Positions 53,287 through 64,000 of a stretch of 64,000 nucleotides of DNA are shown piece by piece; the stretch's first letter is position 1; each line of letters starts with the position of its first letter. A model generated the notes under the pieces. The model saw nothing but the letters and a program-made list of their open reading frames with translations. It had not been told where the DNA came from and ran no database searches. The DNA is from Camelus dromedarius (lineage: Eukaryota). The stretch covers positions 91,576,001 to 91,640,000 of the forward strand of contig NC_087437.1 of assembly GCF_036321535.1 (NCBI RefSeq), read 5' to 3'. The position numbers and the translations under genes are program-made.

Positions 53287-53333
53287 ATATATATATGTAT
53301 ATATATATTTAATATATATATTTATATATATAT
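53287..53333. repeat. Imperfect (TA)n tract
   Basis: Read directly. Confidence 0.85.
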
Positions 53334-53502
53334 TTAAAAGTCAAGGATATTTCAAATATTAGGAAGGTTTTATAATCAAACATTTTTCCATTAGGGAAAA
53401 AAAAACACTCAAAGCAACAAGAAAAATGAAAATAAATCATAACAAAACAAAAATCCTGTGTAAAATCCATTTGCAATAAACTCTAGAGCAGATGTAAACA
53501 TT

Positions 53503-53788
53503 TGTAGTGGCTATGGTGTTGTGCCACTCAAATGAAAGGTAGATACTCATTGCTCTAGCTTCTGAGAGTGTTGGCTGCTCACAGCTCAGCTTTCCTGGAA
53601 TTGATCTGTGCCGAAGGGAGTTGCCTTGCCTACGTTTACATCACTTTATGGCAGTTCAACTTTTCTGTCTGCCAAATCCTACCACTCTCACTTCCTTACA
53701 GATCTAATTTCCCAAAGCACTTTCTAATAAACTTTCTGCATACAATCTAGATTTCAGAGTGTGCTTCCCAGAGAACAAAATGAAGACA
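53503..53788 (+). mobile_element. ERVL LTR (LTR16-like), 5' LTR of a degraded provirus
   Basis: TGTAGTGG start, ctgagagtgttggctgct..cagctc, aataaactttctgcatacaa..tcagagtgtgcttcccagagaac..aagaca, followed by PBS-region-like gttggaac. Confidence 0.7.
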
Positions 53789-54309
53789 GTTGGAACAAAA
53801 AGTAGCCCTATGACGCAGGTTCTAAAAATGAGATTCAGGAACTTCATTGTATATTTTTTGCTTGGCAGTGGAGCAGGACCTCCCCACTGATGGAAGGTAG
53901 AATCTTGACAGCTATGGTGCTATGTAGCAGCTGGGAGTGACCAGAGACAGCACACTGGTGCAAGGAAATGCTCTGGAAGAGACAATATCTCAGGCATTTG
54001 AGAGGTTCATGGGAAGAAATAATAATAATTGTGAAACTAGATGACTACTGCTGAAGGTTACTGAATCATTGGTAAAGTAAAATATAAGGCTGAGGGCGAT
54101 TTAACACATGTTTTATGTAAAATATGAAAACCAGAGGATTTCCTTGGTGGCATAAAAAGGATCATTCCTCTCCAGCAGAAGGAAGGCTGTTCATGTGATT
54201 GTCAGGATTGAGATTTAATTGTTTTGAAGAAAAGCTCCGGAGAAAGTTGAATTCTCAGTCTCAGCAAATGTGCTATGCTGATTGGGGAGGAATGGGACAC
54301 TGAAATTTA

Positions 54310-54680
54310 GGACTGGTTTCTTCTGAAGTCTATGAGAGAAAACTTGTTCAGTGTTGTTCACTGAGCTTCCAGTAGTCTGCTGGAAATCTTTGGCATTCCT
54401 CAGTTTGTAGAAGCTTGACCCAGATCTCTACCTTCTTCTTTACATGTTATTCCTGTTGTGTGCAGGTCTGTCTCCAAATTTCTCTTTTTTATGGGGATAC
54501 CAGTTATATTGAATTAGAGGGCCACCCTTCTCCAGTGTGACCTCATTTTGACTTAAATAATTACATGTGCAAAACTTAACTAATTGCATATGTCATTTTA
54601 AATAAAGTCACATTCTGAGATACCTGGGGTGAGGAATTCAACATATGCATTTTGGGGGGCATAATTCAACACATAACACC
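54310..54680 (-). mobile_element. MLT1B/C-like LTR nested in the ERVL
   Basis: ctggtttcttctgaag..gagagaa...tggggataccagttatattgaattagagggcccacc...ggggggcataattcaacacataaca. Confidence 0.8.
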
Positions 54681-56225
54681 TACTCTCTGACTGTAAACTG
54701 TGGGAGGACCTGAAGAACCATTTTCCAGTGTGATAAGAGAGATCCTATTACAGAACAGGGCTTCCCTTATTCAATGGAGATTTATTCTCAATATAATAAA
54801 AATCAAGCAGAAGCACTCAACCATTAGAAGCCAGGTAGGCACAAATATTGTACTGAATTGCAAGGTCAGAGTGTTAACCAAGGCACCCTAATTCTGAGAG
54901 CTTTGTAGCTATTTAACATACCCATACTTTTTAGGTACAATATTGATGGACGGTCAACAAGTCTATTGCTTTATTTATTTACCTAATCAAGGGCAGAGTA
55001 CCAGAAGGCTGTGGGAAGCATCCCCAATTCAATAGTTCACAATCCTTGGCCTAATTTTAGGACCTGAGAGAATTTTCAGACTTGAAATTCCTTGAAAGAG
55101 ATGCTCGTTGTCCATGGAGAAAGACCTTAGCAAGTCTTTCTCCACAGTAAGTTTATACATTTCCTCAAAGGACTCTAAAGACATTGATTACACAGATATT
55201 TTAGGATAATTAAACAATTAAAATTGACATCAAGTCTCAGGGACTTAAAGTGACACCTTGGCTGCTCTGGGAGAACACAGAGTTCTAGTCAAGTTGCAGT
55301 TTATAAAGCACAGATCTACCCAGTGATCACTTCCTTTTCCCATGAAACACAATTAGAATGGATATACTTAGTAGTTGGCAGAACACCCATGTTTGTTCCT
55401 TATCTTGTAGGATAAGAAAACAATCTACAGAGAAAGCTAACTATAAGGCTTGAACACTTGCCTCACCTCCAAACCCACCCAAGAGAACGCATCAAAAACA
55501 ATGCCATACACAAGGGAAAATGGCAGAGCTTTGTTAAAAACCTAAAGAATGCCAGGGTGGTGGTCTCCATCATACCCCAAATAATTTACCAGACTGGCCC
55601 TTGTAAAACCTAGTGGATCCTAGATTGTGAGAGTAGACTATTGCAAACCCAACCAAGTAGTAGCCCCAGTTGAAACTTGTGATGTCTCACCCAATTGGAA
55701 CAGATATGATATCTTACAAAAATCTTACAAAACAGATTGTGGTATTTTACTAGAGAATATTAACATGAATCCAAGTACAATATAGATTTTACTTTTTAGT
55801 CCTCTTATGAAAGAGTATCATTTCTAATTGCATTTATGTGGGATGGACAGCAGTGTACATTTAGGGTTTTGCACTAGGGCAATGTTCACCTTCATGCCCT
55901 CTGCTATAATATAGCTCTGAAGAAAGTGGAGCATCCTTTCATCCCACAGAACATCACACTGGCTAACTATGCTGATAGCATCATGCTGATCATACTGACA
56001 GAGCAAAGATTGGGAAGTATTTTGAGGACCTTAGTAAAGTAACTTCCAGAGAGTTCCAGAGGAATATCACTTTGGGGACATTTTAAGGGAACCAGTCTAG
56101 ATCATGCTTGGACTGTCTAAGGTAAAAGGCAAATTACTGCCTCTTGCAATTTCCATTACTAAAAGGGAGGCACGTTGCCTGGTAGGCCTCTAAGTTCTAG
56201 AAGCAGCATATCCATATTTGATACC

Positions 56226-56772
56226 TGTCAAGAGTTTAGCTAAGCTATTCCTTGGTATTACTGCCTCGGCCTCCATTTTGCTTGGCCAAACAGACTACAC
56301 ATTGACCTTAGGCTGACACTAGTCCCATCATGCAAATTCAGTGCCCTACAGGGCAGCCCACTGGCACAAGCAAATGCTGAGTTCCTCATATGACTTCCTC
56401 AACAATTCTTGTGATCAAAAGTCCCTTCTGCTTCCCAGTTCCTTCCCATTATGTTCCCTCTCTAATGTATAGCCCTTCTGGGGCTTAACAAAACTCTGCT
56501 CTTTTGGTTTGAATTGCCCAATCCACTTGGTCTGAGAACCCTAAAGCAATCCACCAACAGACTCTCATAAAGGCATGGAGCCCAAGGGCCTGTCTCTGAC
56601 TGAGCTCTGTCTTGACCTCTCCTATGTGGTCCCTCAAGTCATACCATGTATTTCATCCAGGACCTGTGAGTAACAACCTCCTCTATTTCAGTTTCTCTTT
56701 TGGTCTGTTGTTGAACCATGACTCACCATCTGGCACCTTGTGCTCCACTTGATAAGTATTAATTTGACCAAT
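56226..56772 (+). mobile_element. LTR (MER74/MER73-like) nested in ERVL pol
   Basis: TGTCAA start, pol remnant interrupted and resumed after about 56775, ccaggacctgtgagtaacaa..tctatttc U5-like block. Confidence 0.5.
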
Positions 56773-57399
56773 TCATAACAGTAATACTGCTCAGTCCTAT
56801 TTACTGAATGGCATAGAAGACTATCAGAGTTGAGTGGAATCAAAAGTAGGAAAGAGCTCTGCATCAGGTGTAGCCCTGCCAGTGGAGCTGTGTGACCCAA
56901 CAAACCACATTTTACCAGAGATGTCTATCATGGCAAACAGACAGAGTTTTTGACAAACAAACTGGGCAGGGTTTTTGACAAGCCCAAGAGAAGAATCACA
57001 AGGCAGGCCCCTAGAGGTCTAGAGAAAAGCCATGCTATGTATAACAGGACAATATACATCTTTCCAAATTCAGTGGCTAGCACGCTACTGGGCCTGGTAG
57101 ACATGGCACCTAAACATGAGACACGAAAGGCCCACGTGGCCAGGGCTGCCCTCATGAGCTAGGTCTTCTGAGTCCCTCTGTTAGAAAGCTAAGATTTTTT
57201 CAATATTAATCCATATGAAAGTTATACATCCAGATTCAGGCATGGACAGAATGAGAGATCATAGATAAATTTCTTATTTATGTCTCTCCCACTACCAAGG
57301 AAAGATGTCGAAGCTTGATCAGAATTATGAGTTGAGAAAGATTCAGTGAGAGCCACGATAATATGAATTTTGAAGTTAAACTGATTGAATAAATTCCTG

Positions 57400-57575
57400 G
57401 TAACATCAAGCTTTGTGAATTACTTGGTTTGTTATGTTGTCTAATTTAAACTTTATTTCTTCATGTATAAAATGTATATTTAAATTGCCAACTCACGTAT
57501 TATGAAGATAAAATAACATAACCCAAGCAAAATATGGTGCCTAGCATAAAATAATCACTATTTAAATACTGTTAG
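57400..57575 (+). mobile_element. MIR fragment
   Basis: ttcttcatgtataaaatg...attatgaagataaaata..ata...ggtgcctagcata. Confidence 0.5.
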
Positions 57576-58929
57576 TAGTTTATAATAGTAAATTATTTAA
57601 ACACTAAAGAGGAAATAAAATCACATTTGCTTTAATTAGACTTCCCAACTCTTAAGAATTCTAGATAATTGGGTAATTAGGGAGAAAAAATTAAGGAAAA
57701 CAAAACTTTCAAGTAGCTAGAATGTTGCTGATGTAATAAAGTGTATTCTCCCTCTTTTTCTACAAAGCAATATTTAGCAAGGATAGTGTCTCTAATCTTT
57801 TCATGAAATATTTACTTCATGAAAAGAAGTTAAGAAAGTGCTCTCATTTATTAAAATTTTCAGACACACACAATTCCATAAATCTTAAGTATTAATTTAT
57901 GTATGACTCTCACTCTTTATTTTTATATTTTATATATTCATTTTGTTTTCATTAATTAATTTTGTATTTATTTTATAATATAACTTACACTCATGAACCT
58001 ACCATCCAGAACATTGCCAAAATCCTTCAGTTCTCAATTTCTGTGTTCCTCTCCAACTTACCTTCCTGCCTCCCTTCCAGAGGTAACCACAAGCCTGGAT
58101 TAGAAGTGTTCTATTTCTATGAATTCTAAAGTGTGTTCCTTATTTGGTTGCTTGCTTTTTTGTTGTTGTTTTGAATGTCTCTGATGTGATTGTTTTCTTC
58201 CTGCTTCAAGGATGTTTGAAGGAAGTTAACCCCTAGTCAAATTTCTTATGGAATCATCTAAAGGTATGTATCTATTAAACGAATTTAGCTGGGGTTTCTA
58301 TGTACTAATGAATAAGTACTGAAACACATCTCAGGATGCAGTGTTGGGATTATTTATTGTACAATTGTGAACTTTAGGTACAGTGAAAAATGGGAGCACA
58401 GCACACACCCCTGCGGGGTTGGTGACCTACAAGTTCAGCGGAGGCAATCCATACTTTTTAGCTTCCTTGTGCACATCACTTAGGTGTCATCTCTTGTCTT
58501 CATCCTGCACAAAAAGTCCATTTCATATGTTTGGAGACATCATAAGTTACATCTGGGCAATCAAAGCTTCTGAGAGCCTGCTGCTGTGAATGATGCTACA
58601 TCCCTTCCTTAAGATAAGTAAACATTGTGCTGGATTCCCCTGCTGTGTCTAGTGAGTTTGATTAACAATCCAGTGTAGAAACTCACTCTAGTGACTATAA
58701 TTCCTTACAACAATAGTAATAATACTAATGATTTTGATTGCTGCTAAACATTAGAAAAGTCATTTGCATTGTTCTTTCAGAATTGTATTGCTACAACTTA
58801 CATAGGTTGCATAGGTGAATGCATATTCTACAATGCATTTATTTGTATTGTTTTATAAGACTGTTGTGGGTGTGTGTAAATAATTAATGTATATATGTAT
58901 ATACATACATATGGGTACATGATATATAT

Positions 58930-60620
58930 GTATTACATTTTTACCACAACTGTATGAGAGTTACAATTCCTCAAATCCTTGCTAATAGAACAATCAGTGG
59001 TTCTTTTTTCTTTTCTTTTCTTTTTTATTTAAGACATTCTAATAGATAAAAAGTAGTATCTCATTGTCTGTTTAATCTGTTTTTCTAATTACTGTATTGA
59101 GCATATTTTCTTGTAAATATTCACATCCATGTATATTCTATGGGAATGTGTTTATTTAAACCTTTGTTCAGTTTTCAATTGGATGATTTAGTTCTTTTTA
59201 CTGAGAAGTAACAGGTGTTTGTATATTTTAAGTGCATGTTCTTTATCAGATATGTAATTTACAAATACATCCTTCCAGCTTGTGGCTTGCTTTTCATTGT
59301 CTTAGCAGTTTTTCAAAGGGTAAAAGTTTTATTTTTTTACAAAGTGCATTTTATCTGTTTGATCTCTTATAAATCATGCTTTCAGTATCATATCTGAGAA
59401 AGCTTTGCCTAGCCAAAAATCACAAAGCTTTTCCTCTATGTTTTGTTCTAGATGTTTTATAGTTTTAAGTTTACCTTTATGTATATGATAAAACTTGAGG
59501 AAATATCTATAAATGCTACAACACGTGGATCCAGGCTTCTTTTATTTTGCATGTGAATATCCAATTGTCCCAAAACCATCTGCTAAAAAAAATTATCCAA
59601 TCTCCACTGAATGGTGTTTGCACCTTGTTTAAAATTGGTTTTCCATTATATGTTTTTCTATTACCTAACTTTGTTCTATTCCATTGGACTATTTGTCTAA
59701 CTTGACATCAATAACACAGTATTTTGATTACTTCAGTTTTACAATAAACCTTAAAATTAGATAGTGTTGGTACTCCAACTTTGTCAAATCAGTGAGTAAT
59801 AAGAGGTGTGTACCTATAATAGTCAAAACTGCATTTATTGTGTTGCTGCTTTTAAATGATGCTTGGCCTTTAACTTTTAAGCACTTGACTCAAATTTTAA
59901 GCTGGCATAACTTTAAAAAATTTTATTTTTTGTATTTTTGAACTTCTAAATATATACTTTATACCTTACATTACATTAGTTAATTTTTCAGTATGTAATA
60001 AACTATTATCTTCCCTAGTCTCTTTTTTCTTTTCTTCTAAAACTCTGATAACATTTGTTAGACTCTCATAATATCCCACACTTCTGTGATTCTGATTGTA
60101 TTTTTCAATTTTTTTCTCTATTTCTCAGATTGGATAGCATCTGTTGAGCTATCGTTAAGTTCACCAGCTATCTTCCAACATCACAAGGCTGTTGTTAAGT
60201 CTATGTAATACATTTTTTCATATTTTTATTTCAAGAATTTTCATTCGGTTAATTTTATAGTTTTAGTTTTCTGTTGAGAGATCCTTGAGAGAAAATTTAA
60301 AAAATATTTTTATTTTACATTCTACTCCTTACTTAGATCATCATGGGGTTGCTCACACTAACCATCTTTTCTCTTTAGGAAGGATTCCATTTACCTCATT
60401 CTTTGAATGTCAGATTATTTTGAATTGTGTTTCCCACATTTAAAATTGTATGTTTTGAGATACCAAAATTTTTTTTCTAATTAGTAATTTTTGTTCAGCA
60501 GGCAATTAACTTTGTTGGACATGAACTACAAACTGTTTATTGTGAAGCATCACCAAGCTTCAGATCTTTTTACCTTTAGCTGAGGTTTATTGAGTCTTCT
60601 CTTCACATGTGTGCTTCAGG
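58930..60620 (-). mobile_element. Old L1 fragments (late ORF2 about 58930-59790; ORF1 region about 60040-60620)
   Basis: ttttgcatgtgaatatccaattgtcc..aaccatctgctaaaaa; tctcagattggatagc..ttaagttcac. Confidence 0.7.
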
Positions 60621-61035
60621 GATCAGTCAACGTGTGTCAGACAGTACACAAGACCTCCTCTCTAACTCTTTCTATTTTTGTCTGCTCTTTCATTGCCAGT
60701 GGCCATCGTTGCTCCAGATCAGTACTCTGATTCACATGGACAGGAAGCTTGCAGTTTTTCTATCCCTTCACTCTGCAACTTCTGTAACTTCTTCCATCTT
60801 ACAATGGAAAGGGACACTTCTTTTTTATATGCCTTCTTCCCTGAAAGTGAAATCCCTACAAAATACAACTCCTCCTCTTTATTCTCTACTGCCGTCAGAT
60901 GGTTACTTTTTCTATTATGTCCAGACATTATAGATGATATTTATGGAGGAGTCGGTCCTCCATAAGAGGAAAGTCACAATACCTATTATGGATAATTAAC
61001 TTATGAAAGTGACTCTGCTCCAGTCTTTCATACAG

Positions 61036-61069
<34 letters not shown>

Positions 61070-61070
61070 A
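61036..61070. repeat. (CA)n microsatellite
   Basis: Read directly. Confidence 0.95.
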
Positions 61071-61334
61071 TAGTTGAATCTTTTGATTCTGACCTTGTTT
61101 CTTTTTTAACCATCAACAGATTGCCTTCATCAGTTAGTTACTAACTTCTAATACAATTTAAAAGCAAAAATCAAAAGCAAACAGAAATTGACCAAACAAA
61201 TACATTTAAAATTATATCCTTTTGTATCTTACACCATTTGGGGAATATGTCCTTTTTCTTGATGTATGTCCTTTAGCAGTCCATTTATAGCAGAAATCCT
61301 CAGTGGTAGTATGTATTATAAATGTTTTATATTG

Positions 61335-62300
61335 CATATATTTTCTTTGTGGTAAGAACACTTAACATGAATTTTATTGACTTATCTAAAATTTAAGTGT
61401 ACAGTACAGTATTGTTAACTCTAGCCACGATGTTGCACAGCTGGTTTCTAGATCTTATTCATCTTATATAACTGAATCTTCCCATCTATCCACAATAAAT
61501 TGCATTTATATATGAAAGATAATTTTGCTGGCTAAATAATTATAAGTTAATTTTTTATGTCCTCACTTTGTAAATCTTATTCCACTACTTTTGGCTTCCA
61601 TTTGTTGTTGTTACTGCTCCACATTTTGTCACTGTAATGATCAACTTTGTAACTAATTAAGTCTTTCCCTCTGATTTCAAAATCTTCTCTGTCTCAAATG
61701 ACTTTTAGTTTCAGAAGACTCAGAAAACAGAGATGTGCGAATATTATTTATTCTATTCTGCCTTTGATATGATACTTTCCTTGGATCTGTAGAACCATGT
61801 TTTTAATCAGTTCTGGATAATCCATACTATTTCTTCTTTGGGATTTCTCACCATTTTATCACTATTTTCTTTTACTTTTTGTCCCCCAGTTGGATGTATG
61901 ATGACCCTTCTGATTCATTCTTCTTTATTTTTAACCTCTCTTTTTATTTTTGATATTCTTGTATGTTTAGGCCACTTTAAGAATGAATTTTTTATATATT
62001 TATTCCATATCATTAATTCTCTCTTCAGATTTTTCACCCATCCATTGACTTTTATCAACAATTATATAATGGGCTTCTAGAAGTCTATTTGTTTGCTTTT
62101 TCAAATCTGACTCATCACTGGAGATAGTTTATAAACTTAGATTTGTAGTTTCATTCATTAATTTTATAAATAATAATTCTACTTTCTGAAACTGACACAT
62201 ACAGCATCCATCTGCTATCTTTGGAGTTTAAATTTCTTCTTCCTGCTTTCTGTGTCTCTTATTTGTAGTGTCTTGATTTCACTAAAGTTTGGCAAGTTAT
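61335..62300 (-). mobile_element. L1 3' end fragment (about 61340-61490) inside older L1M sequence
   Basis: gtggtaagaacacttaacatga...aagtgtacagtacagtattgttaact; aagataattttgctggc..aat. Confidence 0.6.
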
Positions 62301-64000
62301 AGTTGGTGGATTGTTTTTTTTATACCAAATCTTTCCCTGTATTTAGGTTATTTTTCATGTGATTAAAGTGCCTTTTAATAAGACAGATAATGTATATCCT
62401 TATATTTGTGATATAAGGATTGGCCATTTGACTTATTTCGTCCAGTTGCTTGTGAGTGAAGTGACAGATTGTTAGTTCTGAAACTATGCCTTTAAAGAGC
62501 ATTGTATGTTCCTATTTGTTTCTTAAACTTTAACATAGACATGGTAAGAACATTTCTCATATGTTGTACTGATTCCAGAGAGTGAGGGTCACACAGAACA
62601 AGGATGTCCCAACTTATTATCAAAACTGATGTTCAAGGCAAAGCCATGCTGGTGAACACATGCACCCAAAATCTGAAACAGAGGTTTACCAGTTGTTCTA
62701 CTTTCAAGTGCTCATTAAAACAAAACAACAACATCTATTGTTATGCTGAGTTTTGGACAGCTTTTGCTTAAATGATACTCATATTACCCAAAATCGTGTT
62801 GTCTCTATTGTGACCTCAATCTTTTTTCCTAAAACAGTAGCCACCAAATGTATAATAAAGATTACCAGGTACACTTGAGGTGGTCTCTGATATGTGATAT
62901 GCTTCTCATAGGCAGTGGTGGATTGAAAATATTTTTCCCCATATCTAATGTAATTCAGTAACTAAACTCATCTAATCTCTCACCTCTTTGATATTTAGGA
63001 AATACTGCTTTCTCCTGGAGATAATTTATTAATTCACAGGCTATTTTTAATACAAGAGTAAATTTGAGGGTCATTTGTCTTTTTAGCATGTAGTTTTCTT
63101 TCTCTTTAAGTTTTCTGGAGGGATTTCGTTTCATCCATCACTCCTCATCCTTTTTAGTGCTCCTTACTGCATGTTAAGCAGAAATGAGAGAGCTAGGAAA
63201 AATGTAAATAAGCATCTCCACTGAATTTTCCGTCTTCCTCGGGTGTTGCTCAGTAACACTATTTCATAAGAACTTTGTAATTTGAATAAAAATATAACTC
63301 TGAAATATTTGACAAAAAATGTTTTCAGTTGTTACAGATATATAAACACAAAGATATATAATTTTATTTTCTTCTTATTTACATACTCTTTCATAATTAT
63401 TTACTTAAAAGCTTACATGAATGAAAATTATTTACTTTATCTTAATATAAATGGTAGTTTAAGGTCTTTGTAATCTCTTGAATCCTCAGAGTTTTACGTT
63501 TGATAGCGTGTTTTTATCTGTGTACATCAACTTTAATTTCAAGATATTATTCTGATATGAGTACTCTAATTTCAGTCTGCATGTTGGGGAAGTCAATCTT
63601 TATCATAGCAGGAATCATCTCAGTTTTATCATTTATTTATATTTAATTTAGTATCATCTTCCAAGAGTCATGATTTTATTTCAACATTTACAAATGTAAC
63701 AATACTAAGTACCACAGCTAATTATTTGAAATGGATGGAACTTTATCTTTCTTATACATGATTTGAAGGCAACTCAGTGACCTAAGACAGAATTTCTTTA
63801 TGAAAAGAAAATGCCACAATAAAAAGTTTGTAGAAAGTGTTTTAGTTTTCTTCACTAAAATTAATTTTAATATTCAGAGTCCCCTGATACAATTGTAAAT
63901 AATGAGAAGAAATAATAAAAAGAAAGCTGCATTGTGTTTTACTTAACTATAACAATGGGACAATCAAATTGTAAGGGTTTCTCTGTGGTTAATGGTAAAA

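Larger units (their letters stand above)
53789..57250 (+). mobile_element. Degraded ERVL internal region (gag/pol remnants) with nested LTRs
   Basis: RT remnants at 55560-55990: ..KPSGS*..VDYCKPNQVVAP.. and WDGQQCTFRVLH*G...ALCYNI...IPQNITLANYADSIML (degenerate YIDD). Confidence 0.8.

Noticed and set aside
1..64000. CRISPR arrays, tRNA/rRNA genes, prokaryotic systems
   Set aside because: The sequence is mammalian and no such structures were seen.

Overview
AT-rich, CpG-depleted mammalian genomic DNA. It is dominated by LINE-1 fragments, ERV1/ERVL/MaLR LTRs, L2 and MIR. The young L1 3' ends look cetartiodactyl and I see no Bov-tA, PRE1, CHR, Can or Alu SINEs, so a camelid is my tentative guess. 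No intact protein-coding gene can be confirmed. Two non-repeat signals stand out. (1) A degraded, polyadenylated DIRAS3 (ARHI/NOEY2) retrocopy on the minus strand at about 50348-51850. (2) A chain of about 12 plus-strand exon-like segments from 661 to about 22264 with canonical AG/GT ends and partly compatible phases. Three are fully open and the rest carry stops or frameshifts. Joined, they read like an unidentified, Cys- and sequon-containing type-I membrane glycoprotein with a possible furin site and a C-terminal TM segment followed by a Cys cluster, i.e. a candidate decayed (unitary) gene. Several small retrotransposition events with clear target-site duplications are also visible. All repeat family names come from recall and need RepeatMasker confirmation.
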